From IMG/VR virus record IMGVR_UViG_2700989044_000001, positions 11,683-75,682 of that record: a stretch of 64,000 nt of DNA; one strand, given 5' to 3'. The notes below the pieces were generated by a model, which worked only from the letters and a program-made list of their open reading frames with translations, was not told where the DNA came from and searched no databases. Below, one piece after another: positions 1 to 9,879 of this stretch; the stretch's first letter is position 1; every line of letters starts with the position of its first letter. The position numbers and the translations under genes are program-made. This stretch comes from a virus. Taxonomy: Duplodnaviria > Heunggongvirae > Uroviricota > Caudoviricetes.

Positions 1-240
1 AAGACAAAATCGACTAAGAAGAAAAGAAAGAAAAAGGCCAGCTTCACAATCGGAGATCAAGTTGAAGTAAATGATTCATATGGTACAGTAATATTTGGTC
101 CATATGAATCAGAAACTGGTAAAGATACTTATGAAATTGAATGTGAAGACGGTTCTATAGTTACATCAGAAGATGATGGTGTTTCAATTAAAGTATATGT
201 AGCTCCAATTGAAGAACCAGAAAAAGATGATTTATTATAA
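1..240 (+). CDS. hypothetical protein, 3' end (partial)
   Basis: Open frame running in from the window edge to TAA at 238-240; Lys-rich then acidic. Confidence 0.35.
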   Translation, partial: KTKSTKKKRKKKASFTIGDQVEVNDSYGTVIFGPYESETGKDTYEIECEDGSIVTSEDDGVSIKVYVAPIEEPEKDDLL

Positions 241-254
241 ACGGAGTTGTTATT

Positions 255-521
255 ATGAAACGTTTAATTAGCAAAACCGCTGCACGTTATGCTGCTTCAG
301 GTGAGATGGAAAAACTAATTGGCTACTTAGTTACAAGAAGTTCTGGTTTAAGATTAGAAAAACAACATTTTGATGATATTATCGAGCATTTTAATGAGAA
401 TGGCGGAAGTTTAAAAGGTATACAAGGTAAAGAAAAAGAAGATAAAGGTTTTTATTATGAAAAGCTTCATAACTCTATAGATAAGATTTTGAAAAAACAC
501 AAACTAAAAAATAAAAATTAA
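255..521 (+). CDS. hypothetical protein with MKRLISK N-terminal leader
   Basis: ORF with RBS gga-gttg upstream; N-terminus MKRLISK belongs to the recurrent leader family. Confidence 0.5.
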   Translation: MKRLISKTAARYAASGEMEKLIGYLVTRSSGLRLEKQHFDDIIEHFNENGGSLKGIQGKEKEDKGFYYEKLHNSIDKILKKHKLKNKN

Positions 522-653
522 TTACTAAAATTGGTGTTTTCTTAAAAGAAAATACCTTTTTTTTATAAAAAGAGTTATCATAATAAGATAATTAACATAT
601 TATATCCTTGAAGACAATTAGAACGTTTTATTTTAGAGAAGGTGGTGTAACAC

Positions 654-2600
654 GTGAGTGATCGTATCATCACGAATTTTACAGAAAAAGATTTCCAAAT
701 GGCTAAGCAAGCAGCATCAAAACCTAATGGCATGTCTAATAACCATGGCGGCGGAAGTTTGATGCGTAGTGCGTTGTTACAAGATAAGAACGGTTTACCT
801 AAAAATATACAAAGAAAAATGGCTTCCCCTTCAGTAGGTATGGGTAATATATCTATGGGTAACCCAAGTTTCTATCACCCAGTATTCCAAAACATGAACA
901 TCATGTTGCCACGTGATAGACGCGAAAGAAATGAATGGTGTAGACATTTCTATAGAACAGAACCAATTATAGCTACTTCATTAGATCTTCATACAGAATT
1001 CCCGATTTCAGATTTTAACAATGTTGTATCTGATGATGGGATTAAAGAGTTTTTTGATTACATGGCATTTGAAAGATTAGACTTAGTTAATTTATTGTTA
1101 GATATTGGTTTGGAGTATTGGAAATTAGGAGATGTATTCCCATTTGGTCAATTAAATGAACAAGACGGTATGTGGGAAAGATTTGTTATTTTAAATCCTG
1201 ACTATGTTGACATAAAAGCATCTATATTAGCTGGTGATCCAGTTATTGAATTAATACCTGACGAAACTGTAAAAGCTATTATTGATGCTGGTCCTCGTGG
1301 CGATTACTCTAGTATTTATAGTCAATTCCCAGAGGATGTAGTGAGACAAGTGAGAATGGGAAGAAACATTAGACTTGATAATAGATTAGTTTCTCACATT
1401 GCTCATAAAGCGTCTCAATATGAGACTTGGGGAACTCCAATTATGATGCGTTGTTTCAAAACTTTAATCTATAAAGACAAACTAAGAGAAGCTCAAAACG
1501 CAATTGCGAGTAGACATGTTACTCCATTAAGGATATTCAAAGTTGGCGCACCAGGTGAACCTATGCCTTCGCAAGAAGATTTAGATTCTTTACGTGATAC
1601 TTTAATCCAAGCTGATGATGATCCAAACTTCATGCTTGTATATCACTATGCATTACAAACTGACTATGTAGGTTCTGCTGGTAGAATTTTACCATTAAAC
1701 CAAGAATTTGATTTCATTCAAAAAGAGCTTATGAACGGTTTAGGCATTAACCAAGCTATGTTAAACGGTGAAGGTCCAACATATTCAAATGCTCAAGTTG
1801 GTATGGATGCATTAGCTAGAAGATACATGTCATATCGTTTAAGATTAGAGTCTTGGATTAGACAAAAAGTTTATAGACCAATTTCTGAAATACAAGGTTT
1901 TTATAAACCTACAAATGGCACTGTCGCAAGAAGATACTTAAGTTCAAAAGAACAAAGAAAACTTGCTGATAGAAAAGAAATGCAATTAATTGTTCCTGAG
2001 ATTTCTTGGAGTCAACAAGATTTAACTTCAAATCAATCTGTTCTTAACTTTATTCAACAATTACAATCTAAGGGACTTGTTTCTATGAGCACGATATTAC
2101 CAATGCTTAAACTTGACCCAGAAACAGAGCGTAAAAATCTTGAGCAAGAACGTGGTTCTGTATTTGATACTAATGCTCCTAAAGCACCAAGCGGTGGAGG
2201 CGCACCTGGAGGACCTAGTGGTGGAGCACCAAAACCTCCAACAACGCCTGACAGCCCTGGCCCTAATAATGGAAATAAACCGGGCGGGCCACCAACGCCA
2301 GGTGGGCCAAAAGGAAATGATGCGCCGGGTAAAGCTGATCCAAGTTCATTTGGATTCCCAGGTAAAGGCGCTCCTCCTGAAAACAAAGCTCCATCGCCAA
2401 ATGATAAGAGTCAAGGTGACAGTCCAGCTCCTACACCATCGTCTGCACCTACGCCACCACCAGTTGGACCAAAGCACTCTAGTTTATCGGATTTTTTAGC
2501 AAAAGACGGGGTTCAAAAAGAAGAGAAGATAGCGTCTATGGACTCCCGTTCTTCAGTAAAAGTCAGACGCTATCAGAAGGAAGACAAGACGGAGAAATAA
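654..2600 (+). CDS. portal protein (SPP1 gp6-like)
   Basis: 648-aa ORF, GTG start after GAAGGTGG RBS; portal-like conserved core; Pro/Gly-rich low-complexity C-terminal tail. Confidence 0.8.
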   Translation: MSDRIITNFTEKDFQMAKQAASKPNGMSNNHGGGSLMRSALLQDKNGLPKNIQRKMASPSVGMGNISMGNPSFYHPVFQNMNIMLPRDRRERNEWCRHFYRTEPIIATSLDLHTEFPISDFNNVVSDDGIKEFFDYMAFERLDLVNLLLDIGLEYWKLGDVFPFGQLNEQDGMWERFVILNPDYVDIKASILAGDPVIELIPDETVKAIIDAGPRGDYSSIYSQFPEDVVRQVRMGRNIRLDNRLVSHIAHKASQYETWGTPIMMRCFKTLIYKDKLREAQNAIASRHVTPLRIFKVGAPGEPMPSQEDLDSLRDTLIQADDDPNFMLVYHYALQTDYVGSAGRILPLNQEFDFIQKELMNGLGINQAMLNGEGPTYSNAQVGMDALARRYMSYRLRLESWIRQKVYRPISEIQGFYKPTNGTVARRYLSSKEQRKLADRKEMQLIVPEISWSQQDLTSNQSVLNFIQQLQSKGLVSMSTILPMLKLDPETERKNLEQERGSVFDTNAPKAPSGGGAPGGPSGGAPKPPTTPDSPGPNNGNKPGGPPTPGGPKGNDAPGKADPSSFGFPGKGAPPENKAPSPNDKSQGDSPAPTPSSAPTPPPVGPKHSSLSDFLAKDGVQKEEKIASMDSRSSVKVRRYQKEDKTEK

Positions 2601-2653
2601 TAATTGTAGAACAGGGCTGGAGAGAATTGCTTGAGAGAATGGGGGTGAGCAAA

Positions 2654-4003
2654 ATGGTTAAGCAATACATTTTATCAATAGATAGTGAAATGAAAGAATA
2701 TTTTGGTGAAAAAATTTCACTCCTTGAAAATCAAATGAAGGATGTTTTCTCTCAAGCAAATCTAGCTATTAATAATTCAAGTTATTTATATTTAATAGAA
2801 AACTTCATAAAAGACATTCTAGATACAAGTATTTCACTAATTGATTATTATGTTGATGGTATTTACAATAGTGGAAAAACAGTCAGTAGGAAAAAATTGA
2901 AATTGCAAAAACAAATCCCAGATGATGGAGAAAGATACGCGTTTACTGATAAAGATAAGTTATTTATTGAAAAATACAAATCAGAAAAATTAGTATCGTT
3001 ACAATTAGAATTACAAAAAGCAATATTTGCATATATCGAAAACAAATTATCTAATGAAATTGATAACAATGATTCAAAAGTTATTGATTTAATTAAAGAA
3101 GACCTAGATAGCTCTTATGAAGAAATTATAGATATTTTAGTTAGAGAAATACTAATGTTATTTAAAAGATCCCAAATAGAAGAGTATAAAAATTTAAATA
3201 TCAAAGAAATATCTATAATCACTGAAGATGAATCACTATGTTGTCCAGTTTGTATAGCTAAGTCTAATAAAATTTTAAAAATAGATGAAGTAATTAACGA
3301 TTTTGGTTTAAAGGATGGTAATCACCATTCATTCTGTAATTATTCGTTAGATCCAATAATTAGTCTTGGTAAAAATGAAGAACTAAATAATGAAGTTAAT
3401 ACAAATATTGATTTTAATATTTTATCTTTATCTTTTAAAAATGTACCAATTGAACTTGAATATAGAATTAATAAGTTAGTAAGTAAATTTAAGATATATG
3501 GTAAGAAGTATTTAAGAGAAATTGAATTTAATTTTGTTAAAAACATCACAGAAGAAAACGATTGGTTTAATTCTGTTAAGTCTCATTATTCAAACTCTGA
3601 AAACAAATCTGCTATTGATAATGTTTTACAGGCTCAGGATGATTTAAAAGATAAAACTATGTCTTTTGATTTTAATGACAAATGTTATATATCTATCAAT
3701 TCGCTCGATTATCAATCTGTAGAAGAAATTATTACTAGAAAACTTATGAATGATTCATTAGTTATTGATAATTGGGTAACTGATAGATATCAAACTAAGA
3801 TAGATAGTAAGTATGTTGGAAATGGTATTGTGATATATCAAGATCCGTTTGTAAATCAACTGGCTCAAGATTCACCTTTTGATTATTTATTAGAATCAAT
3901 TATTGTTTATGTAAATAAACCTAAGCAATTAGAAGTATTAGACAAGGAAATTTTTGATTACATTAAAGAAAAAATCTTCAATGGAATTCAATTTTTTAAG
4001 TAA
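2654..4003 (+). CDS. hypothetical protein (possible head morphogenesis protein, follows portal)
   Basis: ATG at 2654 after GGGGGTGAG RBS (ORF-track start 2627 is an upstream extension); Cys cluster CCPVC; position after portal. Confidence 0.45.
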   Translation: MVKQYILSIDSEMKEYFGEKISLLENQMKDVFSQANLAINNSSYLYLIENFIKDILDTSISLIDYYVDGIYNSGKTVSRKKLKLQKQIPDDGERYAFTDKDKLFIEKYKSEKLVSLQLELQKAIFAYIENKLSNEIDNNDSKVIDLIKEDLDSSYEEIIDILVREILMLFKRSQIEEYKNLNIKEISIITEDESLCCPVCIAKSNKILKIDEVINDFGLKDGNHHSFCNYSLDPIISLGKNEELNNEVNTNIDFNILSLSFKNVPIELEYRINKLVSKFKIYGKKYLREIEFNFVKNITEENDWFNSVKSHYSNSENKSAIDNVLQAQDDLKDKTMSFDFNDKCYISINSLDYQSVEEIITRKLMNDSLVIDNWVTDRYQTKIDSKYVGNGIVIYQDPFVNQLAQDSPFDYLLESIIVYVNKPKQLEVLDKEIFDYIKEKIFNGIQFFK

Positions 4004-4014
4004 GGTGTTTAGAT

Positions 4015-4389
4015 ATGAATGATAATAAAAATTTAGCAATTATTTGTGATATACGAAATAGGACTCCAATTGGAGTAATATGTTCTTGTCCAGTTACAGG
4101 CGATCTAGCTTTCTCAACAGAGAATAAAATGTTAGAAGAAACATTAGAAATAATTCTTAGCAGTAAATCATTTCTTTATTCAAAAGAAAAAGTAAATGAA
4201 CAATCAATGATAAATAGAGAAGAAATCAATCCCAATGATCATTATTACTTGATGGCAATTGATTTCTCTCTGCCATTTCCTTGGAGAATACTAGGAATAA
4301 CTTCTGTAGAAGGGGATATAGAACAAATAGTAGGAAATGCCATTGAAATGCTAAAAGAAGGAGGAAACAATTTTGAAACGATTGATTAA
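4015..4389 (+). CDS. hypothetical protein
   Basis: ORF in co-directional array, RBS-like GGTG upstream. Confidence 0.4.
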   Translation: MNDNKNLAIICDIRNRTPIGVICSCPVTGDLAFSTENKMLEETLEIILSSKSFLYSKEKVNEQSMINREEINPNDHYYLMAIDFSLPFPWRILGITSVEGDIEQIVGNAIEMLKEGGNNFETID

Positions 4390-4687
4390 AAAGTCTAACC
4401 ATGTTGAACCATCTATTCATAATGAGGTGGAAGACAAGATTATACATCCAAACACAAATATAAATGAGAATCAAAACCCATCATTTTTATTAACAAGACA
4501 ACTATTTGCAGATACTGCTTTCACGCCTACTGCAACTATTAGTTATCAATTTGCTAGAAAAATTGAAAATGGTGAGTTTAGTCACCTTGGTTCTATTGAA
4601 GAAGCAAGGGGTAATTGGTCAGAATGGTTGAACGCTTTAGATAGTTTTTTAGAAGAATCAGGTCACAAAGGTTTAAAAAAAAACTAA
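4373..4687 (+). CDS. hypothetical protein with MKRLIKK leader
   Basis: TTG start preceded by AAGGAGGAAACAA; N-terminal MKRLIKKS. Confidence 0.45.
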   Translation: MKRLIKKSNHVEPSIHNEVEDKIIHPNTNINENQNPSFLLTRQLFADTAFTPTATISYQFARKIENGEFSHLGSIEEARGNWSEWLNALDSFLEESGHKGLKKN

Positions 4688-4773
4688 GATTAGCAGCAAA
4701 TCAAAATAATTTCTATGGCGATAAATATGTTGATTCTTTATCTAGTGATAATTATTTAGATAGAGAAAAAGAT

Positions 4774-5019
4774 ATGCCAAATAGACCAGCAAAATCCCCA
4801 AGGACAGAAAAAGAGCATTTTATAAATGAAAGTTTTCAAATCGCTAAAGATTTAATTTATAGTTTGCCGATTGTACCTAGATATGATTTAATATCTCAAT
4901 TAGCACAAGATATTGAACGTGGAGACTTTGATGATTTAGGTGGCTTCTCAGAAAATAGACAAGGTTACTTAGATAGAGCTAAAACAATATTACGCTTAAG
5001 AAATATTATTATAAGTTAG
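4774..5019 (+). CDS. hypothetical protein
   Basis: ORF only. Confidence 0.35.
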   Translation: MPNRPAKSPRTEKEHFINESFQIAKDLIYSLPIVPRYDLISQLAQDIERGDFDDLGGFSENRQGYLDRAKTILRLRNIIIS

Positions 5020-5157
5020 TTTTCTATATAAAAAATGTTGGTTATTACTGACATTTTTTATTTTTTTGTAATAATAGATAAGAATAACAGTATTGATTAT
5101 AAGAAGATTGTTTTTATTTGTTATATTTAAAAGAAAATTTGTGGTGGTGAACACGAA

Positions 5158-6060
5158 ATGATAAAATATACATTTCCTGTTAAGATTGCAGGACATAGTA
5201 ATATGGTATCAAAAGTTACATTAGAGAAGAATAGAAGACCAGACTTATCTTTATTAAATAAATCCAATTCGCTTGGTTTAGTGAAAACAGCTGCTAAGGT
5301 TGTAAAGATTGCTCCTAAAGAAGATGATTTTTTATATGTTCGAGTTAGAGCGGTATCTGCGGGTAATGTTATAGAACACAAAAATGGTTTTGCTGAATTA
5401 GTTGAAATGCAAGATCTTATGAATAACTTAGATAAATACGCGGAGAAAATTCGTGGAGCAAATGATAACGGGGATTTTTTCTCTTACGATGAATTAAAAA
5501 GAACTTATAAAACATTTATTGGTAAAGCAGCATTCGTTGATCATCAAAATGAAAATGTTGAAGAAGCTAGAGGGATTATTTTAGATGCTATTTGGAATGA
5601 GCGTGGTAAATTTGTAGAATTACTTATCGCTGTTGATAAAAAAGCATTCCCTGAACTAACTCGTGGAATTGAAATGGGATATATCTCTGATGTTTCAATG
5701 GGATGTCGTTGTGAAAAATCGATTTGTTCTATTTGCGGAAATGAAGCCATTGTTGAAGAAGATTTCTGCGATCATATTTTAACCGCTAAAGGTAGAACTA
5801 TTGATAACAAACCTGTTTTTGAAGATAACTTAGGTATTGAATTTTTTGAAATCAGTTTTGTTAGTCAAGGTGCAGATAGACAAGCTAAAATCCTAGAGAA
5901 AGTTGCATCTAAATCTGGTATTAAAGGTATTGAAGCATTAACAAATGATATTTCTAAACCAGAATCAGTGTTATTAAAAATAGCTAGTGAAAAAAATAAG
6001 CGCGAAGATGCTAAATCAGTATCATTTAAAGATAAGCTTAACAACCTCCCTTGGAGTTAA
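5158..6060 (+). CDS. prohead protease-like head maturation protein
   Basis: Position between portal and scaffold/capsid; conserved His (AFVDHQNE) and Ser (ISDVSMG) segments reminiscent of HK97-family prohead proteases; unverified. Confidence 0.5.
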   Translation: MIKYTFPVKIAGHSNMVSKVTLEKNRRPDLSLLNKSNSLGLVKTAAKVVKIAPKEDDFLYVRVRAVSAGNVIEHKNGFAELVEMQDLMNNLDKYAEKIRGANDNGDFFSYDELKRTYKTFIGKAAFVDHQNENVEEARGIILDAIWNERGKFVELLIAVDKKAFPELTRGIEMGYISDVSMGCRCEKSICSICGNEAIVEEDFCDHILTAKGRTIDNKPVFEDNLGIEFFEISFVSQGADRQAKILEKVASKSGIKGIEALTNDISKPESVLLKIASEKNKREDAKSVSFKDKLNNLPWS

Positions 6061-6082
6061 AATTTTATAAAGGGGAAATATT

Positions 6083-6571
6083 ATGAGTAAAAAAATATCA
6101 CGTCTTAAGAAAACAGCATTAATGCCTACTCAAATGTTTGAATCTCAACTAGATCAAATTAGCGACAAAGGGAGAGATGTTTTAAAAGCTTTAGAAGATT
6201 ATAAGTTCTTTGTTGACCAAACTTCAAGAGTTATGAAAAATGATCCAGCTTTAATTGAAGTTATTGTTGGTAAGAAAAAGAATTTAGAGGAAGCATCTGC
6301 TAAAATTTATGATATAGTTTTTGATATTGAAAATCTTGACATTTCTGCTTTGTATGAAAGACAAGAAGAAAAGACTAATGAAAACCAAGGTATTCAAGTT
6401 CCTGAAAGTCAAGATGATTCCAATAAGGAAGAGGTCAAGGAAGAACCTGAAAAAGATTCCAATGAGGAAGTTCCTAAAGAAGAAAACAAAGAACAAGAAA
6501 ATCCTAATGAATCTAAAGATGAGAATACTAAGAATGAAGAAAAACAGGAAGAAAAAGATAAAAAAGAATGA
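6083..6571 (+). CDS. acidic Glu/Lys-rich protein (scaffold-associated?)
   Basis: ORF with RBS AAAGGGGAAATATT; C-terminal half is KEE/EEK low-complexity. Confidence 0.45.
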   Translation: MSKKISRLKKTALMPTQMFESQLDQISDKGRDVLKALEDYKFFVDQTSRVMKNDPALIEVIVGKKKNLEEASAKIYDIVFDIENLDISALYERQEEKTNENQGIQVPESQDDSNKEEVKEEPEKDSNEEVPKEENKEQENPNESKDENTKNEEKQEEKDKKE

Positions 6572-8046
6572 GAGGGAGAATTGAAGTGGAAGAAAAGTTC
6601 GATGCGAGAAAAAAATTAGCAAGAGCCGAACAACAAGAATACGCTCACCAATACACTCCAAAGACAAGGGAAGAAAATTATCAATACCCCGATGAAGATA
6701 AAAGATTTACTAACAAAGTTAAAGATGAAACAAATCTATATGGTGTACAACCAGAAGATTCTGTCTTTGCCGGCCCAACTGAAGGTAGAATAAAAGCGAT
6801 TGTTGATGTGAAAAAAGTAACTGAAGATCATAGACAACGCTCTTATAAGATTAAGACTCAACCTCCAATTTTTAGTAGAACTGATATTGATAAGACTGAA
6901 GATGTTAACAACACTCATCGTGAAGATGAAATCAATAAATTAAGAGAAACTTCTAAATCATTTGCTCAGCAAATTGAAAAAGAACAAAGTGTTGATATTT
7001 CAAATCCTATTGAAAGATTTTCAGAAGAAATTGATCCCTCACTTGGTGAAGATGATTGTGAAATCGTATTTAATGTTGGCGATCAAGTTGTTGATGTTGA
7101 AGAAAATATTAATGGTAAAATTACTTTTGCAAATAGTAAGAGATTATCTGTTGTTTGGGAAGATAATACAAAAGAAAGATTTGCTATTAAAGAAGCAAAA
7201 GAATTCTTAAAAATAACAAAAGCTTATGTTGGCGATGTTCAAGAACAGATTGATCCTATACACACTGAAGATTGGCCTAAAAATGAAGTGTTAGAGAATA
7301 AAATTGATAACACTCTTAGTTCCATGGAGCAAGAAGAAGAAATCGACCAGAAAACAGCTAATATAGATTTAGAAAAAATTAAACTGCAAAGACAGGTTAA
7401 TGAACTAGAAAATAAAGTAAATGAAATAGATGTTATGAAAGTTAAAACTAAAGCTGCTAATGAAGTTATCACACTTATGCAGAAAAAAGGTATATTAAGT
7501 AATAACGAAGCTGAAGTTAAAAATCAATTTGACTCTATTATAGAAATGGACGATGTTTCTTTTGAGGCATTTAAAAATGCAATTATTTCTAAAAAGGTTC
7601 TTGACGATGACATGTATGCTTTCTTAGATGAAGAAGAAGATTTTTCTGACATCGAAGATGGTAATGAATTCGCAAAACAAAGAGAAGAGATCAAAAAAAC
7701 AGCTAAGAGCGCGCCTAGATCATTAGGTGGAATCGAAATGGGTGACACTAGTTTATTTGAAAATGGTGGATTATCTAACTTCAAAGGTAATATTGGAGAT
7801 TTCTCTGGTGCAGCGACTTCTATGAGTTCATCTACTAAAGAATCAAGAAGTTTATCTGCAGCTGCAGAAGGGAACAAAAGAAAACCTATTGAAAGAAAAT
7901 CAAACTCATTAGATATGTCAGGTTTCCAAGATATACAAGGTCTAAAGACACCAATTAATATTCCAAATAGAGAATTATCTGCAGGTAAAAAATTCTCTGA
8001 ATTATTTAGTGATGGATTTGGTTGGTCAGGAGTACCAAAAAGATAA
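6568..8046 (+). CDS. scaffolding-like coiled-coil protein
   Basis: 492 aa, highly charged, predicted coiled coils, located between protease and capsid genes. Confidence 0.4.
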   Translation: MRGRIEVEEKFDARKKLARAEQQEYAHQYTPKTREENYQYPDEDKRFTNKVKDETNLYGVQPEDSVFAGPTEGRIKAIVDVKKVTEDHRQRSYKIKTQPPIFSRTDIDKTEDVNNTHREDEINKLRETSKSFAQQIEKEQSVDISNPIERFSEEIDPSLGEDDCEIVFNVGDQVVDVEENINGKITFANSKRLSVVWEDNTKERFAIKEAKEFLKITKAYVGDVQEQIDPIHTEDWPKNEVLENKIDNTLSSMEQEEEIDQKTANIDLEKIKLQRQVNELENKVNEIDVMKVKTKAANEVITLMQKKGILSNNEAEVKNQFDSIIEMDDVSFEAFKNAIISKKVLDDDMYAFLDEEEDFSDIEDGNEFAKQREEIKKTAKSAPRSLGGIEMGDTSLFENGGLSNFKGNIGDFSGAATSMSSSTKESRSLSAAAEGNKRKPIERKSNSLDMSGFQDIQGLKTPINIPNRELSAGKKFSELFSDGFGWSGVPKR

Positions 8047-8182
8047 ACTATTTTACTAAGCTATAGGTAATTAGACCTATAGCTTTTTTGTTAGACAATG
8101 GTAATATTATAGAAATTCAAAGATCATGTATTAAATTAACGGAGGTTTAGGCTTCCAAAATATATTTAAGAGGTGAATTTTT

Positions 8183-8929
8183 ATGTACAAAATAGCTATT
8201 TGTGCTGGTCATGGTTTCAACACTCCTGGTAAGAGAACTCCAGATGGTGAAAGAGAATGGAGCTTTAACAATAAGTTAGTTGTTGCTTTCGTTAACACTA
8301 TGAATCAGTATGAGAATGTTACTGTTAAGCGTTATGATGATCCAACGGGTAAAACTGACGTGCCTTTAATTACTCGTACTAATGGGGCAAACGCTTGGGG
8401 AGCAAACATCTACATTTCATTCCACCACAACGCTAATACTGCTAAATGGGGTACTTGGACAGGTGTTGAAACTTTCTACTATCCAGGTTCTACGACTGGA
8501 TTGAACTTAGCTAAAGCTATTCACCCAGCAGTTGTTCAATCTTATGGATTGAAAGATAGAGGCGTTAAGTCTGGAAATCTTCACATCGTTAGAGAAACAA
8601 AAATGCCAGCTATTTTAATCGAAGGTGGATTCATGGATTCTACTATCGATATTAAAAAACTTAGAAGCGACGCTGTATTAAAAGCTGCTGGTGAAAACAT
8701 TGCTCATGCTGTAGCTAAGTACGCTGGTTTAAAGAAAAAATCTTCTACTTCTACTCCTAAACCGCCAACTCCTACTACTCCAAATGCTGCAACTTACACT
8801 GTAGTTAAAGGAGATACTCTGTATGGAATTTCTCAAAAATTTGGAATCAGTGTCGATACTATCAAATCATTAAATGGTTTGAAAACTAATACTATCTCTA
8901 TTGGGCAGGTATTAAAGGTAAAAAAGTAG
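8183..8929 (+). CDS. N-acetylmuramoyl-L-alanine amidase (Amidase_3) with C-terminal LysM domain
   Basis: N-terminus IAICAGHG...PG motif typical of CwlA/Amidase_3; C-terminus YTVVKGDTLYGISQKFGISVDTIKSLNGL is a LysM repeat; RBS AAGAGGTGA. Confidence 0.85.
   Translation: MYKIAICAGHGFNTPGKRTPDGEREWSFNNKLVVAFVNTMNQYENVTVKRYDDPTGKTDVPLITRTNGANAWGANIYISFHHNANTAKWGTWTGVETFYYPGSTTGLNLAKAIHPAVVQSYGLKDRGVKSGNLHIVRETKMPAILIEGGFMDSTIDIKKLRSDAVLKAAGENIAHAVAKYAGLKKKSSTSTPKPPTPTTPNAATYTVVKGDTLYGISQKFGISVDTIKSLNGLKTNTISIGQVLKVKK
8920..8926 (+). other. A_AAA_AAG slippery heptamer (candidate -1 frameshift site) at amidase stop
   Basis: Sequence A AAA AAG in the amidase zero frame immediately before TAG; the -1 frame continues open into the glucosaminidase ORF. 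Confidence 0.5.
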
Positions 8930-9186
8930 AAGATGTAACTGCTGATAGTTTCTATCGAGTTTTTGTTAATGGAAAACAGGTAGGCGCATTTTCAGTTAAA
9001 GAGAATGCTTATGAAGACGGTTGGAAACAATATAATTCTGGAAAAACAGATGCTTATTTAGTAGAACCAAATGGTAGTAAATATACTTTCAACGCTCACC
9101 AATCTGAAAACCCTAACAAAAAACAAGACGAAACTAATTCTACAAAAAACCCTATTTTAGGTAAATCAGTAGTTACATCTAGTCAA

Positions 9187-9852
9187 ATGGTAACTCTTGT
9201 AAAATCAAAAAACCCTAATGCTAAAAATATTGAAGAAATTGCTGAAGCCTTCTTAAAGGTTGGCGAAAAATACGGACTTCGTGGAGATATTGCATTTTGT
9301 CAGTCAATTATCGAAACGGGTTGGTTTAGATTTGATGGCGGTACTGCGGTTACTCCAGATCAACATAACTATTGCGGACTTGGAGTTACGAGTACGGGTA
9401 TTAAAGGAGCTGTATTTGCCACTATTAAAGATGGTGTAACTGCACAAATACAACATCTTTATGCTTATGCTACTAAATCGGCACTACCAGCTGGAGAAAC
9501 TCTATTGGATCCAAGATTCCAATACGTTACAAGAGGTATAGCTCCAAATTGGGAAGATTTAAGTAATAGATGGGCTATGAATGCTAATTATGGAACTCAA
9601 ATCTTGAATATGTATAATCAATTATTACAAGTTCCTGCATCTAATACTTCTCCTGAAAAACCAAATACACCAAAACCTAAAGAAGAAAAAAAGGATGTTC
9701 TTTTTACACATTCAGAAATCAACAATAAACAATATGCTTCTGTCGTAATTGACGGAAAAGGATATATAGCGGTTTCAGATGTTGCAGATTTACTTGATTT
9801 AAAAGTAGTATTTGACAAGGTTACTAAAGAAATTATCTTCATTAAAAAATAA
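9187..9852 (+). CDS. peptidoglycan hydrolase, glucosaminidase-domain (LytD-like); frame open upstream to 8926 without a start codon
   Basis: AFCQSIIETGWF...YCGLG glucosaminidase motifs; same frame is stop-free for 86 codons upstream and encodes a SPOR-like segment (YRVFVNGKQVGAFSVKENA). Confidence 0.7.
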   Translation: MVTLVKSKNPNAKNIEEIAEAFLKVGEKYGLRGDIAFCQSIIETGWFRFDGGTAVTPDQHNYCGLGVTSTGIKGAVFATIKDGVTAQIQHLYAYATKSALPAGETLLDPRFQYVTRGIAPNWEDLSNRWAMNANYGTQILNMYNQLLQVPASNTSPEKPNTPKPKEEKKDVLFTHSEINNKQYASVVIDGKGYIAVSDVADLLDLKVVFDKVTKEIIFIKK

Positions 9853-9879
9853 TCTTTTAGTCAAACAAGTTAAAGAGAG

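Noticed and set aside
2054-2499. Two long ORFs (2054-2386 minus strand, 2113-2499 plus strand in another frame) inside the portal gene
   Set aside because: They lie entirely within the GC-rich Pro/Gly-rich coding stretch of the portal. Low-complexity GC-rich DNA is stop-poor in all frames. No RBS is present, and their translations are compositional artefacts.
6284-6667. ORFs 6284-6667 (minus strand) and 6321-6584 (plus strand) overlapping the acidic KE-rich gene
   Set aside because: They are products of the AAG/GAA-rich repeat region and are poly-K/F low complexity. They overlap a better-supported gene with an RBS.
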